From positions 15,695 to 79,694 of the forward strand of contig JAFUFJ010000002.1 in the NCBI GenBank assembly GCA_017469955.1: a stretch of 64,000 nt of DNA, written 5' to 3'. The notes under the pieces are model-generated. The model made no database searches. It was given only the letters and a program-made list of their open reading frames with translations, and had not been told where the DNA came from. The translations under genes and the position numbers were made by a program. Positions 28,294 to 37,381 of the stretch are shown here, one piece after another. This DNA comes from Prevotella sp. GTDB lineage: Bacteria > Bacteroidota > Bacteroidia > Bacteroidales > Bacteroidaceae. Within the stretch, counting starts at the first letter, position 1, and each line of letters begins with the position of its first letter.

Positions 28294-28380
28294 GGAAGTT
28301 TGGGTGAGTGGCTGAAACCAGCAGTTTGCTAAACTGCCGTACGGGTTACCGTACCGGGGGTTCGAATCCCCCAGCTTCCG
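28294..28380 (+). tRNA. tRNA-Ser(GCT)
   Basis: Cloverleaf with long variable arm; anticodon arm GCAGT-TTGCTAA-ACTGC; GGTTCGAATCC. Confidence 0.96.
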
Positions 28381-28409
28381 CAAACCATCTGGTTGTCACC
28401 AGAACTCAC

Positions 28410-28481
28410 GGTGGATTCATCTAATGGTTAGGATACAAGATTCTCAATCTTGGCATAGGGGTTCGATTCCCCTATCCACTA
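28410..28481 (+). tRNA. tRNA-Glu(CTC)
   Basis: Anticodon arm CAAGA-TTCTCAA-TCTTG; GGTTCGATTCC; acceptor GGTGGAT/ATCCACT. Confidence 0.93.
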
Positions 28482-28483
28482 CA

Positions 28484-28510
28484 AGAGGAGCATTTGATGC
28501 TCCTTTTTTG
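28484..28510 (+). terminator. intrinsic terminator after the tRNA pair
   Basis: GGAGCAT-TTG-ATGCTCC followed by a T-run. Confidence 0.75.
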
Positions 28511-28595
28511 TTGATAGTTTCGTAATAAAAGCTAAATAATTTTGTTATCCGCAAAAGAAGCTATACCTTTGTAGTTCAGTTTGAATTGACAGGCA

Positions 28596-30569
28596 ATGAT
28601 TTCAATAGAAGGCTTAAAAGTTGAGTTTGGGATAAAACCTTTGTTTCAGAACGCAAATTTCGTAATCAATGACCGCGATCGCATTGCTCTTGTGGGCAAA
28701 AACGGAGCAGGAAAGTCAACCTTACTCAAAATCATCTGTGGGCAACAACGGCCGACAGAAGGCACGGTCTCTGTCTCGAATGATGCAAAAATAGGATATT
28801 TGCCCCAAGTAATGCGCATCACAGACGATACAACTGTGCGTGAAGAGACTCGCAAAGCATTTGGAAGTAGCCTGCAATTGAAGGAGAGAGTGGCCCGGCT
28901 GGAGCGAGAGTTAGGGGAGCGTTCTGATTATGAAACGCCCGAATATATGGATTTAGTAGAAACCTTTACCCGGGAACACGAACGGTATATGATGCTGGGA
29001 GGTGACGGTTATGAGGCAGAAATGGAACGGACACTCTTGGGATTGGGTTTCTTGCGAGCGGACTTCGACCGCCCGACAAGAGAGTTTTCGGGTGGTTGGC
29101 GCATGCGAATTGAACTTGCAAAAATCCTGTTGCAGCATCCCGATGTACTTCTTCTTGATGAACCGACAAATCATTTGGATATAGAATCCATCCAGTGGCT
29201 TGAACAATTTCTGGTTCAAAGCTCATCATCTCTGGTTCTTGTAAGCCATGATCGTGCCTTTATTAATAATGTAACCAATCGTACTTTGGAAATATCCTGC
29301 GGTCAAGTAGTTGACTATAAGGTGAAGTATGATGAGTATGTTGGCTTGCGAAGGGAACGCCGGGAGCAACAAATGCGTGCCTATGAAAACCAGCAGAAGG
29401 AGATAGCAGACATGCGACAGTTCATAGAGCGCTTTCGATATCAGGCAACAAAGGCTGTTCAAGTGCAGCAGAAAGTGAAGCAATTGGAAAAAATCGTGCC
29501 AATTGAAGTTGACGAAATTGACAATTCAGCAATGCATTTGAAGTTTCCTCCCTGTCTTCGAAGTGGCGATTATCCCATTATATGCGAGGAGGTTGAGAAG
29601 CATTATGGCGACCATCTCGTGTTCGAAGGGGTGAGCTTCATACTCAAACGTGGCGAAAAAGTTGCGTTTGTAGGTAAGAACGGCGAAGGAAAGTCTACTC
29701 TTGTCAAGTGTATTATGAATGAGATTCCCTATGGCGGAACGCTTAAAATCGGGCATAACGTGCAGATTGGTTACTTTGCTCAGAACCAGGCTCAGTTGCT
29801 TGATGAGTCATTGACGGTATATGAAACCATTGATTATGTGGCAAGAGGCGAGATACGTTTACGTATTAATGACATACTTGGGGCGTTTATGTTCGGGGGA
29901 GAGGAGTCTGAAAAGAAGGTAAGAGTTCTTTCCGGTGGTGAGCGAAGCAGGCTGGCAATGATAAAACTCCTGCTTGAACCCGTCAATCTTCTTATCCTTG
30001 ACGAACCGACAAACCACTTGGACATGCCTTCGAAAGATGTGCTAAAAGAAGCTATTCGGGCCTTTGACGGCACCGCAATCATCGTGTCTCATGACCGAGA
30101 ATTCCTTGACGGGCTCGTTACAAAGGTCTATGAATTTGGCGGCGGTAGGGTGCGAGAACATCTTGGAGGCATATATGATTTCTTGAGAAGCAGGCAAATG
30201 ACGGACTTGAATGAGTTGTCAAATCGTGGGAACACGATGCAGAAAACGACTGTAAATGCGGCTCGTCAACAGGAAAAAGCTAAGGATTTGTCCCGGCCGG
30301 ACGTTGCTAACACGGGGAAAGAAAGTTATCTTGAGCGGAAGGAACATCAGAAACGCATCAATCGTCTGCAAAAAACGATTAAGGAGTCAGAGGAGAAAAT
30401 CACTCAGTTGGAAGCCCGCATCAAAGAACTTGACTCCCTGTTGTATCTGCCGGAGAAAGCCTCTGATATGAAGCTTGTCACTGAATATACCACAACCAGA
30501 CAAGTCCTTGATGCAGAAAATGACCGCTGGATGCAGCTTTCAGAGGAATTGGAAGAATTGAAGTATTAA
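28596..30569 (+). CDS. ABC-F family ATP-binding protein
   Basis: Two ABC domains (GKNGAGKS/FSGGWRMR/LDEPTNHLD; GKNGEGKS/LSGGE), no TM segments, C-terminal coiled coil. Confidence 0.95.
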   Translation: MISIEGLKVEFGIKPLFQNANFVINDRDRIALVGKNGAGKSTLLKIICGQQRPTEGTVSVSNDAKIGYLPQVMRITDDTTVREETRKAFGSSLQLKERVARLERELGERSDYETPEYMDLVETFTREHERYMMLGGDGYEAEMERTLLGLGFLRADFDRPTREFSGGWRMRIELAKILLQHPDVLLLDEPTNHLDIESIQWLEQFLVQSSSSLVLVSHDRAFINNVTNRTLEISCGQVVDYKVKYDEYVGLRRERREQQMRAYENQQKEIADMRQFIERFRYQATKAVQVQQKVKQLEKIVPIEVDEIDNSAMHLKFPPCLRSGDYPIICEEVEKHYGDHLVFEGVSFILKRGEKVAFVGKNGEGKSTLVKCIMNEIPYGGTLKIGHNVQIGYFAQNQAQLLDESLTVYETIDYVARGEIRLRINDILGAFMFGGEESEKKVRVLSGGERSRLAMIKLLLEPVNLLILDEPTNHLDMPSKDVLKEAIRAFDGTAIIVSHDREFLDGLVTKVYEFGGGRVREHLGGIYDFLRSRQMTDLNELSNRGNTMQKTTVNAARQQEKAKDLSRPDVANTGKESYLERKEHQKRINRLQKTIKESEEKITQLEARIKELDSLLYLPEKASDMKLVTEYTTTRQVLDAENDRWMQLSEELEELKY

Positions 30570-30588
30570 CAACATAAAAGGTATAACA

Positions 30589-32616
30589 ATGAAAAAACTA
30601 TCAACACTTATGGCAATTGCTATGGCGTCAGTAGGTGCTTTCGCTCAAAACCAGTCAGGCATCAAGTCTGAAAACCTTGACAAGAACGTGCGCCCGCAGG
30701 ACGATTTCTACATGTTTGCGACAGGTGGATGGCAGAAACGCAATCCGCTTCCCGCAGCCTATTCTCGTTTTGGCAGCTTTGACCAGTTGCAAGAAGACAA
30801 CAACAAGCGCATCAACAGTATCCTTGCCGAACTCGAACAAAAGACATATCCCGCAGGCTCGACGGAGAGGAAACTGGCCGATTTCTACAAACTTGCAATG
30901 GATTCAGTGCGTCGAAACAAAGAGGGAATCTCGCCGGTCACTCCGCTTCTTGACGAGATGGAGAATGCACAAACAAAGGAAGACTTGAAGAAAATCCAGT
31001 TGAAATATGCCGTCTTTGGCTATGGCATTCCCTATCGTTATGGTTTCGGGGCTGATGAGAAGAACGTGACCATGAACATTCTGAACGTCAATCAGGGCGG
31101 TTTGACATTAGGGCAGAAGGACTACTATGTGAACAATGACGAGGCGACCGTAGCGATTCGTGAGGCCTACAGGCAGCATATCGTTAAGATGTTCCGCCTT
31201 TTCGGCTTCACAACGAAGGAGGCTATTGAGAAACGTGATGCCATTTTCCGCCTTGAGACGGCCATAGCCCTTGTCTCGAAGAGCCGCACAGAGCTGCGTG
31301 ATCCGCAGGCAAACTATAATAAAATGACTCTTCAGGAGTTCCATGCCAACTATCCCAATCTCCTTTTAGAGGAACTTGCCAATGCCGAGGGCATCAAAAC
31401 CGACTACATTCAGGAGATGATTGTTGGCCAGCCAAAGTTCATGGAAGCCATCGACAAGATCGTCAATGCCATGAGTGCCGACGATCTTCGGGCATATATG
31501 GAGTGGGATGTCATCACGGGTGCTGCATCGTTGCTTTCCGATGATGTCAGAGAAGCCAACTTCGAGTTCTTCGGAAAGACCATGACTGGACGTCAGCAAG
31601 ACTATCCTCTTTGGAAACGTGCGACCAATTCTGTGCAGGGCGTCATGGGTGAAGCTCTCGGTAAAATGTACTGTGAGCGCTACTTCCCCGCATCGTCGAA
31701 GGAGATCATGGCTAAGCTTGTTGCCAATCTTCAAGTGGCACTTGGCGAGCGCATTGATGCCCAGAAATGGATGGGAGATGAAACAAAGGCCAACGCCCAC
31801 AAGAAACTTTCGACCTTCTATGTTAAGATAGGCTATCCTGACAAGTGGAAAGACTACTCGAAACTCACCATCGATCCCGACAAGTCCTATTATGAAAACG
31901 TGATGGCATGCCGTGAGTTTCGCAGCCGTCAGCATGTGGAAGAAAAGGCAGGTAAGCCCGTCGACCGCGAAGAATGGTTCATGACTCCGCAGACTGTCAA
32001 TGCCTATTACAACCCGACAACCAACGAGATCTGCTTCCCTGCGGGCATCCTTCAGTATCCCTTCTTTGACCCGAAAGCCGATGAAGCCTTCAACTACGGT
32101 GCCATAGGTGTTGTGATTGGTCACGAAATGACTCATGGATTCGACGACCAAGGACGCCAGTATGATGCCGAAGGATATATGAATGATTGGTGGACATCCG
32201 AAGATGCCAAGGGCTTTACCGAGCGTGCCGACCTCTACGACCGCTTCTTCTCTGGCATTGAAGTGCTGCCCGGGCTGAACGCAAACGGCCGTCTTACGCT
32301 GGGCGAAAACCTGGCCGATCACGGAGGATTGCAAGTAGCGTGGTATGCATACAAGAACGCTACGAAGGACAAACCGCTGAAGACCAAGGACGGATTCACT
32401 GCCGACCAGCGCTTCTTCCTTGCCTATGCCGGCGTCTGGGGGCAGAACATCACCGAGCAGGAGATACGCCAGCGGGTGAAGAACGATCCTCATTCGTTGG
32501 GCGAGTGGCGTGTCAATGGTGCACTTCCACATGTAGACGCGTGGTATGAAGCCTTTGGTGTGAAGCAGGGCGACAAGATGTTCATTCCGAAGAGCGAACG
32601 CCTCGACCTCTGGTAG
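30589..32616 (+). CDS. pepO: M13 family metalloendopeptidase (PepO-like), exported
   Basis: PQDDFY, VNAYY, HEMTHGFDD, GENLAD; signal peptide. Confidence 0.92.
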   Translation: MKKLSTLMAIAMASVGAFAQNQSGIKSENLDKNVRPQDDFYMFATGGWQKRNPLPAAYSRFGSFDQLQEDNNKRINSILAELEQKTYPAGSTERKLADFYKLAMDSVRRNKEGISPVTPLLDEMENAQTKEDLKKIQLKYAVFGYGIPYRYGFGADEKNVTMNILNVNQGGLTLGQKDYYVNNDEATVAIREAYRQHIVKMFRLFGFTTKEAIEKRDAIFRLETAIALVSKSRTELRDPQANYNKMTLQEFHANYPNLLLEELANAEGIKTDYIQEMIVGQPKFMEAIDKIVNAMSADDLRAYMEWDVITGAASLLSDDVREANFEFFGKTMTGRQQDYPLWKRATNSVQGVMGEALGKMYCERYFPASSKEIMAKLVANLQVALGERIDAQKWMGDETKANAHKKLSTFYVKIGYPDKWKDYSKLTIDPDKSYYENVMACREFRSRQHVEEKAGKPVDREEWFMTPQTVNAYYNPTTNEICFPAGILQYPFFDPKADEAFNYGAIGVVIGHEMTHGFDDQGRQYDAEGYMNDWWTSEDAKGFTERADLYDRFFSGIEVLPGLNANGRLTLGENLADHGGLQVAWYAYKNATKDKPLKTKDGFTADQRFFLAYAGVWGQNITEQEIRQRVKNDPHSLGEWRVNGALPHVDAWYEAFGVKQGDKMFIPKSERLDLW

Positions 32617-32634
32617 ACCGTTCCAAACCACATG

Positions 32635-32681
32635 AAGCCTCCTCTCTGAATGCTTGCTTCGAAGCGCTTGAGAGGGGGCTT
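32635..32681 (+). terminator. hairpin after pepO
   Basis: AAGCCTCCTCTC...GAGAGGGGGCTT. Confidence 0.6.
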
Positions 32682-32785
32682 CCTCGTTTCTGCTCCTGTC
32701 GGGAAAGTGCTTTTCCGGCCGGAAACGGGAGACCTTAATGGCGCACAGCAGGCACTCATCCTGACCATCTGTCGTGTAAGCTCTT

Positions 32786-32892
32786 GAGAAAGCTATGACT
32801 TTAGCCCCAGAAGTCTTAGCTTTCTTGCCGACAACTCATAGCTTTCTCGACCATAACCCTATGGTTTCTGACCCTAAAGTCATAGCTTTCTC
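32786..32892. repeat. 107-bp five-unit 22-bp-period palindromic element (copy 3)
   Basis: Units at 32786, 32808, 32830, 32852, 32874; perfect 19-bp terminal IR GAGAAAGCTATGACTTTAG / CTAAAGTCATAGCTTTCTC. Confidence 0.92.
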
Positions 32893-32972
32893 GGCGCGAA
32901 CGGTCGTCGTCTTTTGTGCGATGGGTGCCGAACCTTGTCGTAAGTGCTGGTGTAAGCCTACTGCAAACCATG

Positions 32973-33011
32973 AAAAAAGCAGGAAGATACGGTGTTCTTC
33001 CTGCTCTTTTT
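32973..33011 (-). terminator. intrinsic terminator after the lipoprotein gene
   Basis: AAAAAAGCAGGAAGA...TCTTCCTGCTCTTTTT. Confidence 0.7.
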
Positions 33012-33052
33012 ATGATGGGAGGCAGCGTGTTCTCCCAGTTTCTTTGCCGGTA

Positions 33053-33664
33053 TTATTTCAGGCCGATCTTCTTCTTCAGGTCGTTGGCAGCGTTGTCAAT
33101 AGCCTCATTGGCAGCGTCGTTGGCCTTCTGTTTGGCCTCTTCAACTTTCTGTTCACCAAGATCCTTGGCATTTTCTACAGCCTCGTTGGCAGCGTCTTTC
33201 ACGTTCTGCACAGCCTCTGCTCCGGCTTCAACGGCGTTCTCCACAGCCTCGTTGGCAGTGTTCTCGGCATTTCCTACGATGGAAGCCAGCGAGCTTACGA
33301 CCTCGTCGACGGGAGCTTCTGTAACAGAGCTCACGAGCGTCTTCACAGTTTCGTTCTCACCGACGATAGCCTGTACCTTCTCAGCATTCTCCTTCAAGAA
33401 GTTCTGAACTTTGGTAAGATACTCTTTTGCCACTTCGGGATTGTTGGCAAGTAGTTCGGCAACCTTCTGCTTTGCAGCCTCAATAGCGTTGGCAATGGCA
33501 CCGGCGTCGCCGGCTTCAAGGGCAGCTTGGATGTCAGCAGCTGCGTTTTCTACGTCAACAGCCTCAACTTGTGCGTCGGCTTCGTTGTTAGCTTTCTTGC
33601 TGTCTGCACAGCTTGCAAATGTCAGTGCGAGAACTGTCATTGCAACAAAGAAAATCTTCTTCAT
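33053..33664 (-). CDS. Ala/Glu-rich helical lipoprotein, function unknown
   Basis: Lipobox TFASC; low-complexity ANEAVENA repeats. Confidence 0.8.
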   Translation of the reverse strand: MKKIFFVAMTVLALTFASCADSKKANNEADAQVEAVDVENAAADIQAALEAGDAGAIANAIEAAKQKVAELLANNPEVAKEYLTKVQNFLKENAEKVQAIVGENETVKTLVSSVTEAPVDEVVSSLASIVGNAENTANEAVENAVEAGAEAVQNVKDAANEAVENAKDLGEQKVEEAKQKANDAANEAIDNAANDLKKKIGLK

Positions 33665-33744
33665 ACTCTTTTCTCTTGTTTTAAGTTAATAAAAATGAAA
33701 TAACAATGTCTTTTTGGGGGTCGCAACGCGTGCGATTCTATTGA

Positions 33745-33770
33745 ATAACGCTTCTGATTTCCTTTTGTTG
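33745..33770 (-). promoter_or_regulatory. putative ECF-sigma promoter CAAC-N16-CGTTAT
   Basis: Minus strand CAACAAAAGGAAATCAGAAGCGTTAT upstream of the lipoprotein gene. Confidence 0.45.
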
Positions 33771-33858
33771 TGTCTTTAGCAATGTTTAACTTATCCGACC
33801 TATGGGTATTCGGATTTTTATTTGTAAATTTGCAAAAGAGCTAAAGCAAATACCCGTT

Positions 33859-34803
33859 ATGAAAAGCAGAAGAACAGAAATCGTTGGTTTTGACAGCCTG
33901 ATGTCAAGAGTCGCCTCAAGAAAAACGCGCAGCAGGATGGCCGTAGTGTGGCCTGCCGACGACCATACTCAGGAAGCTTTGTGCGAAGCCTTGAGGCTGA
34001 ACCTTGTCGATGCAGTGCTTGTAGGCTGTAGGGAAGAGCTGCAACGCAACGGCGAGCTGATGGCGTTCGGCAGCCATGTACAGTTGATGGAGGCCGGAAA
34101 TGCCGACGAAGCTGCGGTAAAAGCCGTCGAGCTTGTCAGGAAAGGCGAGGCACAAATCTTGATGAAGGGACTCATCAACACCGACAATCTCCTGCGCGTA
34201 GTGCTGAATAAAGAGACGGGAATACTGCCGAAAGGCAACCTGATGACCCATACAACAGCGGCATTGCTGCCGTCGCTCTCCCGGTTGGTCTTCTTCACTG
34301 ATCCCGCCGTGATGCCTTATCCTACCCCAGAGCAGCGCCTCAAGCAGGTGGGCTATATGGTGGAACTCTGCCATAAGGTGGGCATATCAGAGCCTCGGAT
34401 AGCCTTGGTCCACTGCACAGAGAAGGTCAACGAGCGCCACTTCCCGTTCACAGCCAGCTATGTTGACATCGTCGGCAAGAGCAAAGAAGGGCTGTGGGGG
34501 CCGTGCATCATTGACGGACCTCTCGACGTGAAGACTGCCATTGACGCCGAAGCCCTGAGGGTGAAAGGCATCAATTCTCCGCTGGAAGGCCGGGCTGACG
34601 TGCTCATCTTCCCCGACATTGTCTCGGCAAACGTCTTCTATAAGGCCATATCGCTCTTTGGCGGGGTAGAGACGGCTGCCATGCTCGTCGGCACTGAGGC
34701 TCCCGTAGTGCTTACTTCACGAGGCGACAGCATGCAGACCAAGCTCTACAGCATAGCCCTGGCCAGCCTTACCTCAGTTCCAGACGTGGCTGAAGACGAG
34801 TGA
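33859..34803 (+). CDS. ptb: phosphate butyryltransferase / phosphate acyltransferase
   Basis: ILMKGLINT, IDGPLD, ADVLIFPD, PVVLTSRGDS; upstream of buk. Confidence 0.88.
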   Translation: MKSRRTEIVGFDSLMSRVASRKTRSRMAVVWPADDHTQEALCEALRLNLVDAVLVGCREELQRNGELMAFGSHVQLMEAGNADEAAVKAVELVRKGEAQILMKGLINTDNLLRVVLNKETGILPKGNLMTHTTAALLPSLSRLVFFTDPAVMPYPTPEQRLKQVGYMVELCHKVGISEPRIALVHCTEKVNERHFPFTASYVDIVGKSKEGLWGPCIIDGPLDVKTAIDAEALRVKGINSPLEGRADVLIFPDIVSANVFYKAISLFGGVETAAMLVGTEAPVVLTSRGDSMQTKLYSIALASLTSVPDVAEDE

Positions 34804-34859
34804 GGAACGCCGGGAAACAGCCGGGCGGTGTACTCGAAACTAATGAAAAAAAGCATATT

Positions 34860-35996
34860 ATGACGAACGGAATCAATCAAAACGTAGCGCAGAACAGCGC
34901 ATCTCCCTATTCAGACGCAACGGGAGTGAACCTCAGAATCCTGGTGATCAACCCCGGTTCAACATCGACAAAGATAGCCGTCTATGAAGACGAAAGCCCG
35001 ATGCTCTTGCGCAACATACAGCATCCGGTGGAAGAACTGAGACAGTTTGAGGAGATAACCGATCAATATGAGTTTAGAAAACAATTGGTTATCGATGAAC
35101 TTGAGCGGATGAACATCTCCTTTGACTTTGATGCCGTCATCGGAAGAGGTGGCCTGGCAAAGCCGATAGAGGGAGGAGTCTACGAGGTCAACGAGCGCAT
35201 GCTCGACGATACAAGACAGGCAACCGAACACAAACATGCCTGCAATCTGGGCTGCATCATCGCCTATGAAATAGCACGTGAGATACCTAATTGCAGAAGC
35301 TTCATTGCCGATCCCGGAGTCGTTGACGAACTTTCCGACCTTGCACGCATAAGCGGTTCACCCCTCATGCGCCGTATATGTATATGGCATGCCTTAAACC
35401 AAAGAGCCATAGCCCGTCGCTTTGCCAACGAAATCGGCAAGGAATATGAAGAACTCAACTTGATCATATGCCATTTGGGAGGCGGCATTTCTATTGCTGC
35501 ACATGAGCATGGAAGGGCCATAGATGCCAATAATGCGCTTGACGGAGAGGGGCCTTTCTCGCCGGAACGGGCAGGATCGCTCCCTGCAGCCGACCTCATT
35601 CACCTCTGCTTCAGTGGCAAATATACCGAAACACAGTTGCTGAAACGCATCGTAGGACAGGCCGGTTTAATAGCACATTTGGGCACAAACGACATGAAAG
35701 AGATAGAAAAACGCATCGAGGCTGGTGACGAACATGCCCGTCTTTTGGTTGATGCGATGATCTATCATACCGCTAAAAATATCGCAGCAGAAGGAGCTGT
35801 CTTGTTTGGAAACATCGACGCTATCTTGCTGACTGGCGGTCTGGCACGCTCGCAATATATCGTCAAGCGGTTGAGAGCACGCATAGATTTCCTGGCACCT
35901 ACTTATTGTTATCCGGGTGAAGACGAAATGGAAGCCCTGGCTTTGAATGCCCTTGCCGTGTTGAGAGGGCAGCGTGAACTGAAGGAATATGTATAA
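34860..35996 (+). CDS. buk: butyrate kinase
   Basis: INPGSTSTK, GRGG, HACNLG, HALNQ, HLGGGIS, GPFSPERAG, PGEDEM. Confidence 0.95.
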   Translation: MTNGINQNVAQNSASPYSDATGVNLRILVINPGSTSTKIAVYEDESPMLLRNIQHPVEELRQFEEITDQYEFRKQLVIDELERMNISFDFDAVIGRGGLAKPIEGGVYEVNERMLDDTRQATEHKHACNLGCIIAYEIAREIPNCRSFIADPGVVDELSDLARISGSPLMRRICIWHALNQRAIARRFANEIGKEYEELNLIICHLGGGISIAAHEHGRAIDANNALDGEGPFSPERAGSLPAADLIHLCFSGKYTETQLLKRIVGQAGLIAHLGTNDMKEIEKRIEAGDEHARLLVDAMIYHTAKNIAAEGAVLFGNIDAILLTGGLARSQYIVKRLRARIDFLAPTYCYPGEDEMEALALNALAVLRGQRELKEYV

Positions 35997-36004
35997 CTGA
36001 GCGT

Positions 36005-36658
36005 ATGAACAGGCAAGAACGCTACCGCTATATCTTAGACTATTTTCGGGAAAAACTTCCCGAAGTGACCACGGAACTTGACTTCGGAACTCCATTTCAG
36101 CTGCTGGTCGCAACGGTACTGAGCGCCCAATGCACAGACAAACGGGTCAATCAAGTCACAGAAGAACTGTTTCTCCGGTATCCAAATGCCAAGGCAATGG
36201 CTGAGGCTGAGGTGGAAGATGTACTTGAATACATACGAAGCGTGTCGTATCCCAATTCGAAAGCCCGCCATCTTGTTGAGCTTTCACGCATGCTGATGTC
36301 GGATTTTGGCGGCGAGGTTCCTGAGAGTTCTGACGAATTAGTGAGGCTTCCGGGAGTGGGAAGGAAGACAGCTAACGTGGTTCAGGCTGTCGCTTTTGGG
36401 AAGTCAACGATGGCAGTTGACACCCATGTCTATAGGGTAAGCCACCGTTTAGGGCTTGTTTCCAAATCGGCAAATACTCCCTATAAAGTCGAGCAGGAAC
36501 TGATAAGACACATACCTGACGAAGACATTCCGCGGGCTCATCATTGGCTTCTGCTTCACGGACGATATGTCTGTCAGAGTAATAAGCCAAAATGTGAGCA
36601 GTGCGACTTGGAGAAAATATGTCCGAAACGTCTGGAAGGCTCAAAAGCAAGGCACTGA
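36005..36658 (+). CDS. nth: endonuclease III
   Basis: LSAQCTDKRVN, LPGVGRKTANV, VDTHV, C-terminal CxxxxxxCxxCxxxxxC. Confidence 0.96.
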   Translation: MNRQERYRYILDYFREKLPEVTTELDFGTPFQLLVATVLSAQCTDKRVNQVTEELFLRYPNAKAMAEAEVEDVLEYIRSVSYPNSKARHLVELSRMLMSDFGGEVPESSDELVRLPGVGRKTANVVQAVAFGKSTMAVDTHVYRVSHRLGLVSKSANTPYKVEQELIRHIPDEDIPRAHHWLLLHGRYVCQSNKPKCEQCDLEKICPKRLEGSKARH

Positions 36659-36682
36659 TAACTGGTTATTTCTTTTATATTT

Positions 36683-37381
36683 ATGGATTCGTTACGAATT
36701 ATTAGTTTCCTTAAACAGGTTGCTGCAAACAACAACCGCCCATGGTTTAACAATCATAAGGATGAGTATCTTGCCTGTAAGTCAGAGTTTGAGTCGGGCA
36801 TAGAGCAGGCTATTGCCCGGATAACAGGTTTTGATTCGTCCGTTGCTCACATTACGGTCAAAGATGCAACCTATCGTTTTTATCGCGATACTCGCTTCTC
36901 AGAAGACAAGTCTCCATATAAGAATCACATGGGCGCCTATATCTCTGCTCATGGTAAAAAGTCGTTGCACGGAGGCTATTACATACACATTGAGCCCGAT
37001 CATTGTATGCTTTCTGTGGGCAGTTACTGGCTTCCGACCAACATATTGACTTCCTGTCGCAACGAAATAATGGCCAATATTGACGAGTGGAGACGCTGTG
37101 TTGAGAATAAGGACTTTGTCAATTGCTTCGGTAAACCGGCAGAAGGGAAGTGGGGATCTCCCAAGGGGTTTGGCCTTGAACACCTGCGTGGCGTGCCAAA
37201 AGGCTTTCCTGGCGACTACGAGTTCATCGACTATCTGCGTATGAAAGACTATTGCGTATGGACGTGTGTGCCAGACAACTTCTTCACAACCGATACATGG
37301 CTTGACGAGATGGAGCGTGTCTTCAAGATAGGAAAGCCTATGATGGACTTCATGAATGCCGTGATTGACGACTATGAATGA
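36683..37381 (+). CDS. DUF2461 family protein
   Basis: ANNNRPWF, YRFYRDTRFSEDKSPYK, GYYIHIEP. Confidence 0.85.
   Translation: MDSLRIISFLKQVAANNNRPWFNNHKDEYLACKSEFESGIEQAIARITGFDSSVAHITVKDATYRFYRDTRFSEDKSPYKNHMGAYISAHGKKSLHGGYYIHIEPDHCMLSVGSYWLPTNILTSCRNEIMANIDEWRRCVENKDFVNCFGKPAEGKWGSPKGFGLEHLRGVPKGFPGDYEFIDYLRMKDYCVWTCVPDNFFTTDTWLDEMERVFKIGKPMMDFMNAVIDDYE

Noticed and set aside
28294-28510. tRNA-anchored genomic island
   Set aside because: No integrase, no duplicated tRNA 3' end, and the flanking genes are housekeeping.
31366-32631. 421-aa antisense ORF
   Set aside because: Lies almost entirely opposite pepO, has no recognisable motifs, and is a typical shadow ORF.
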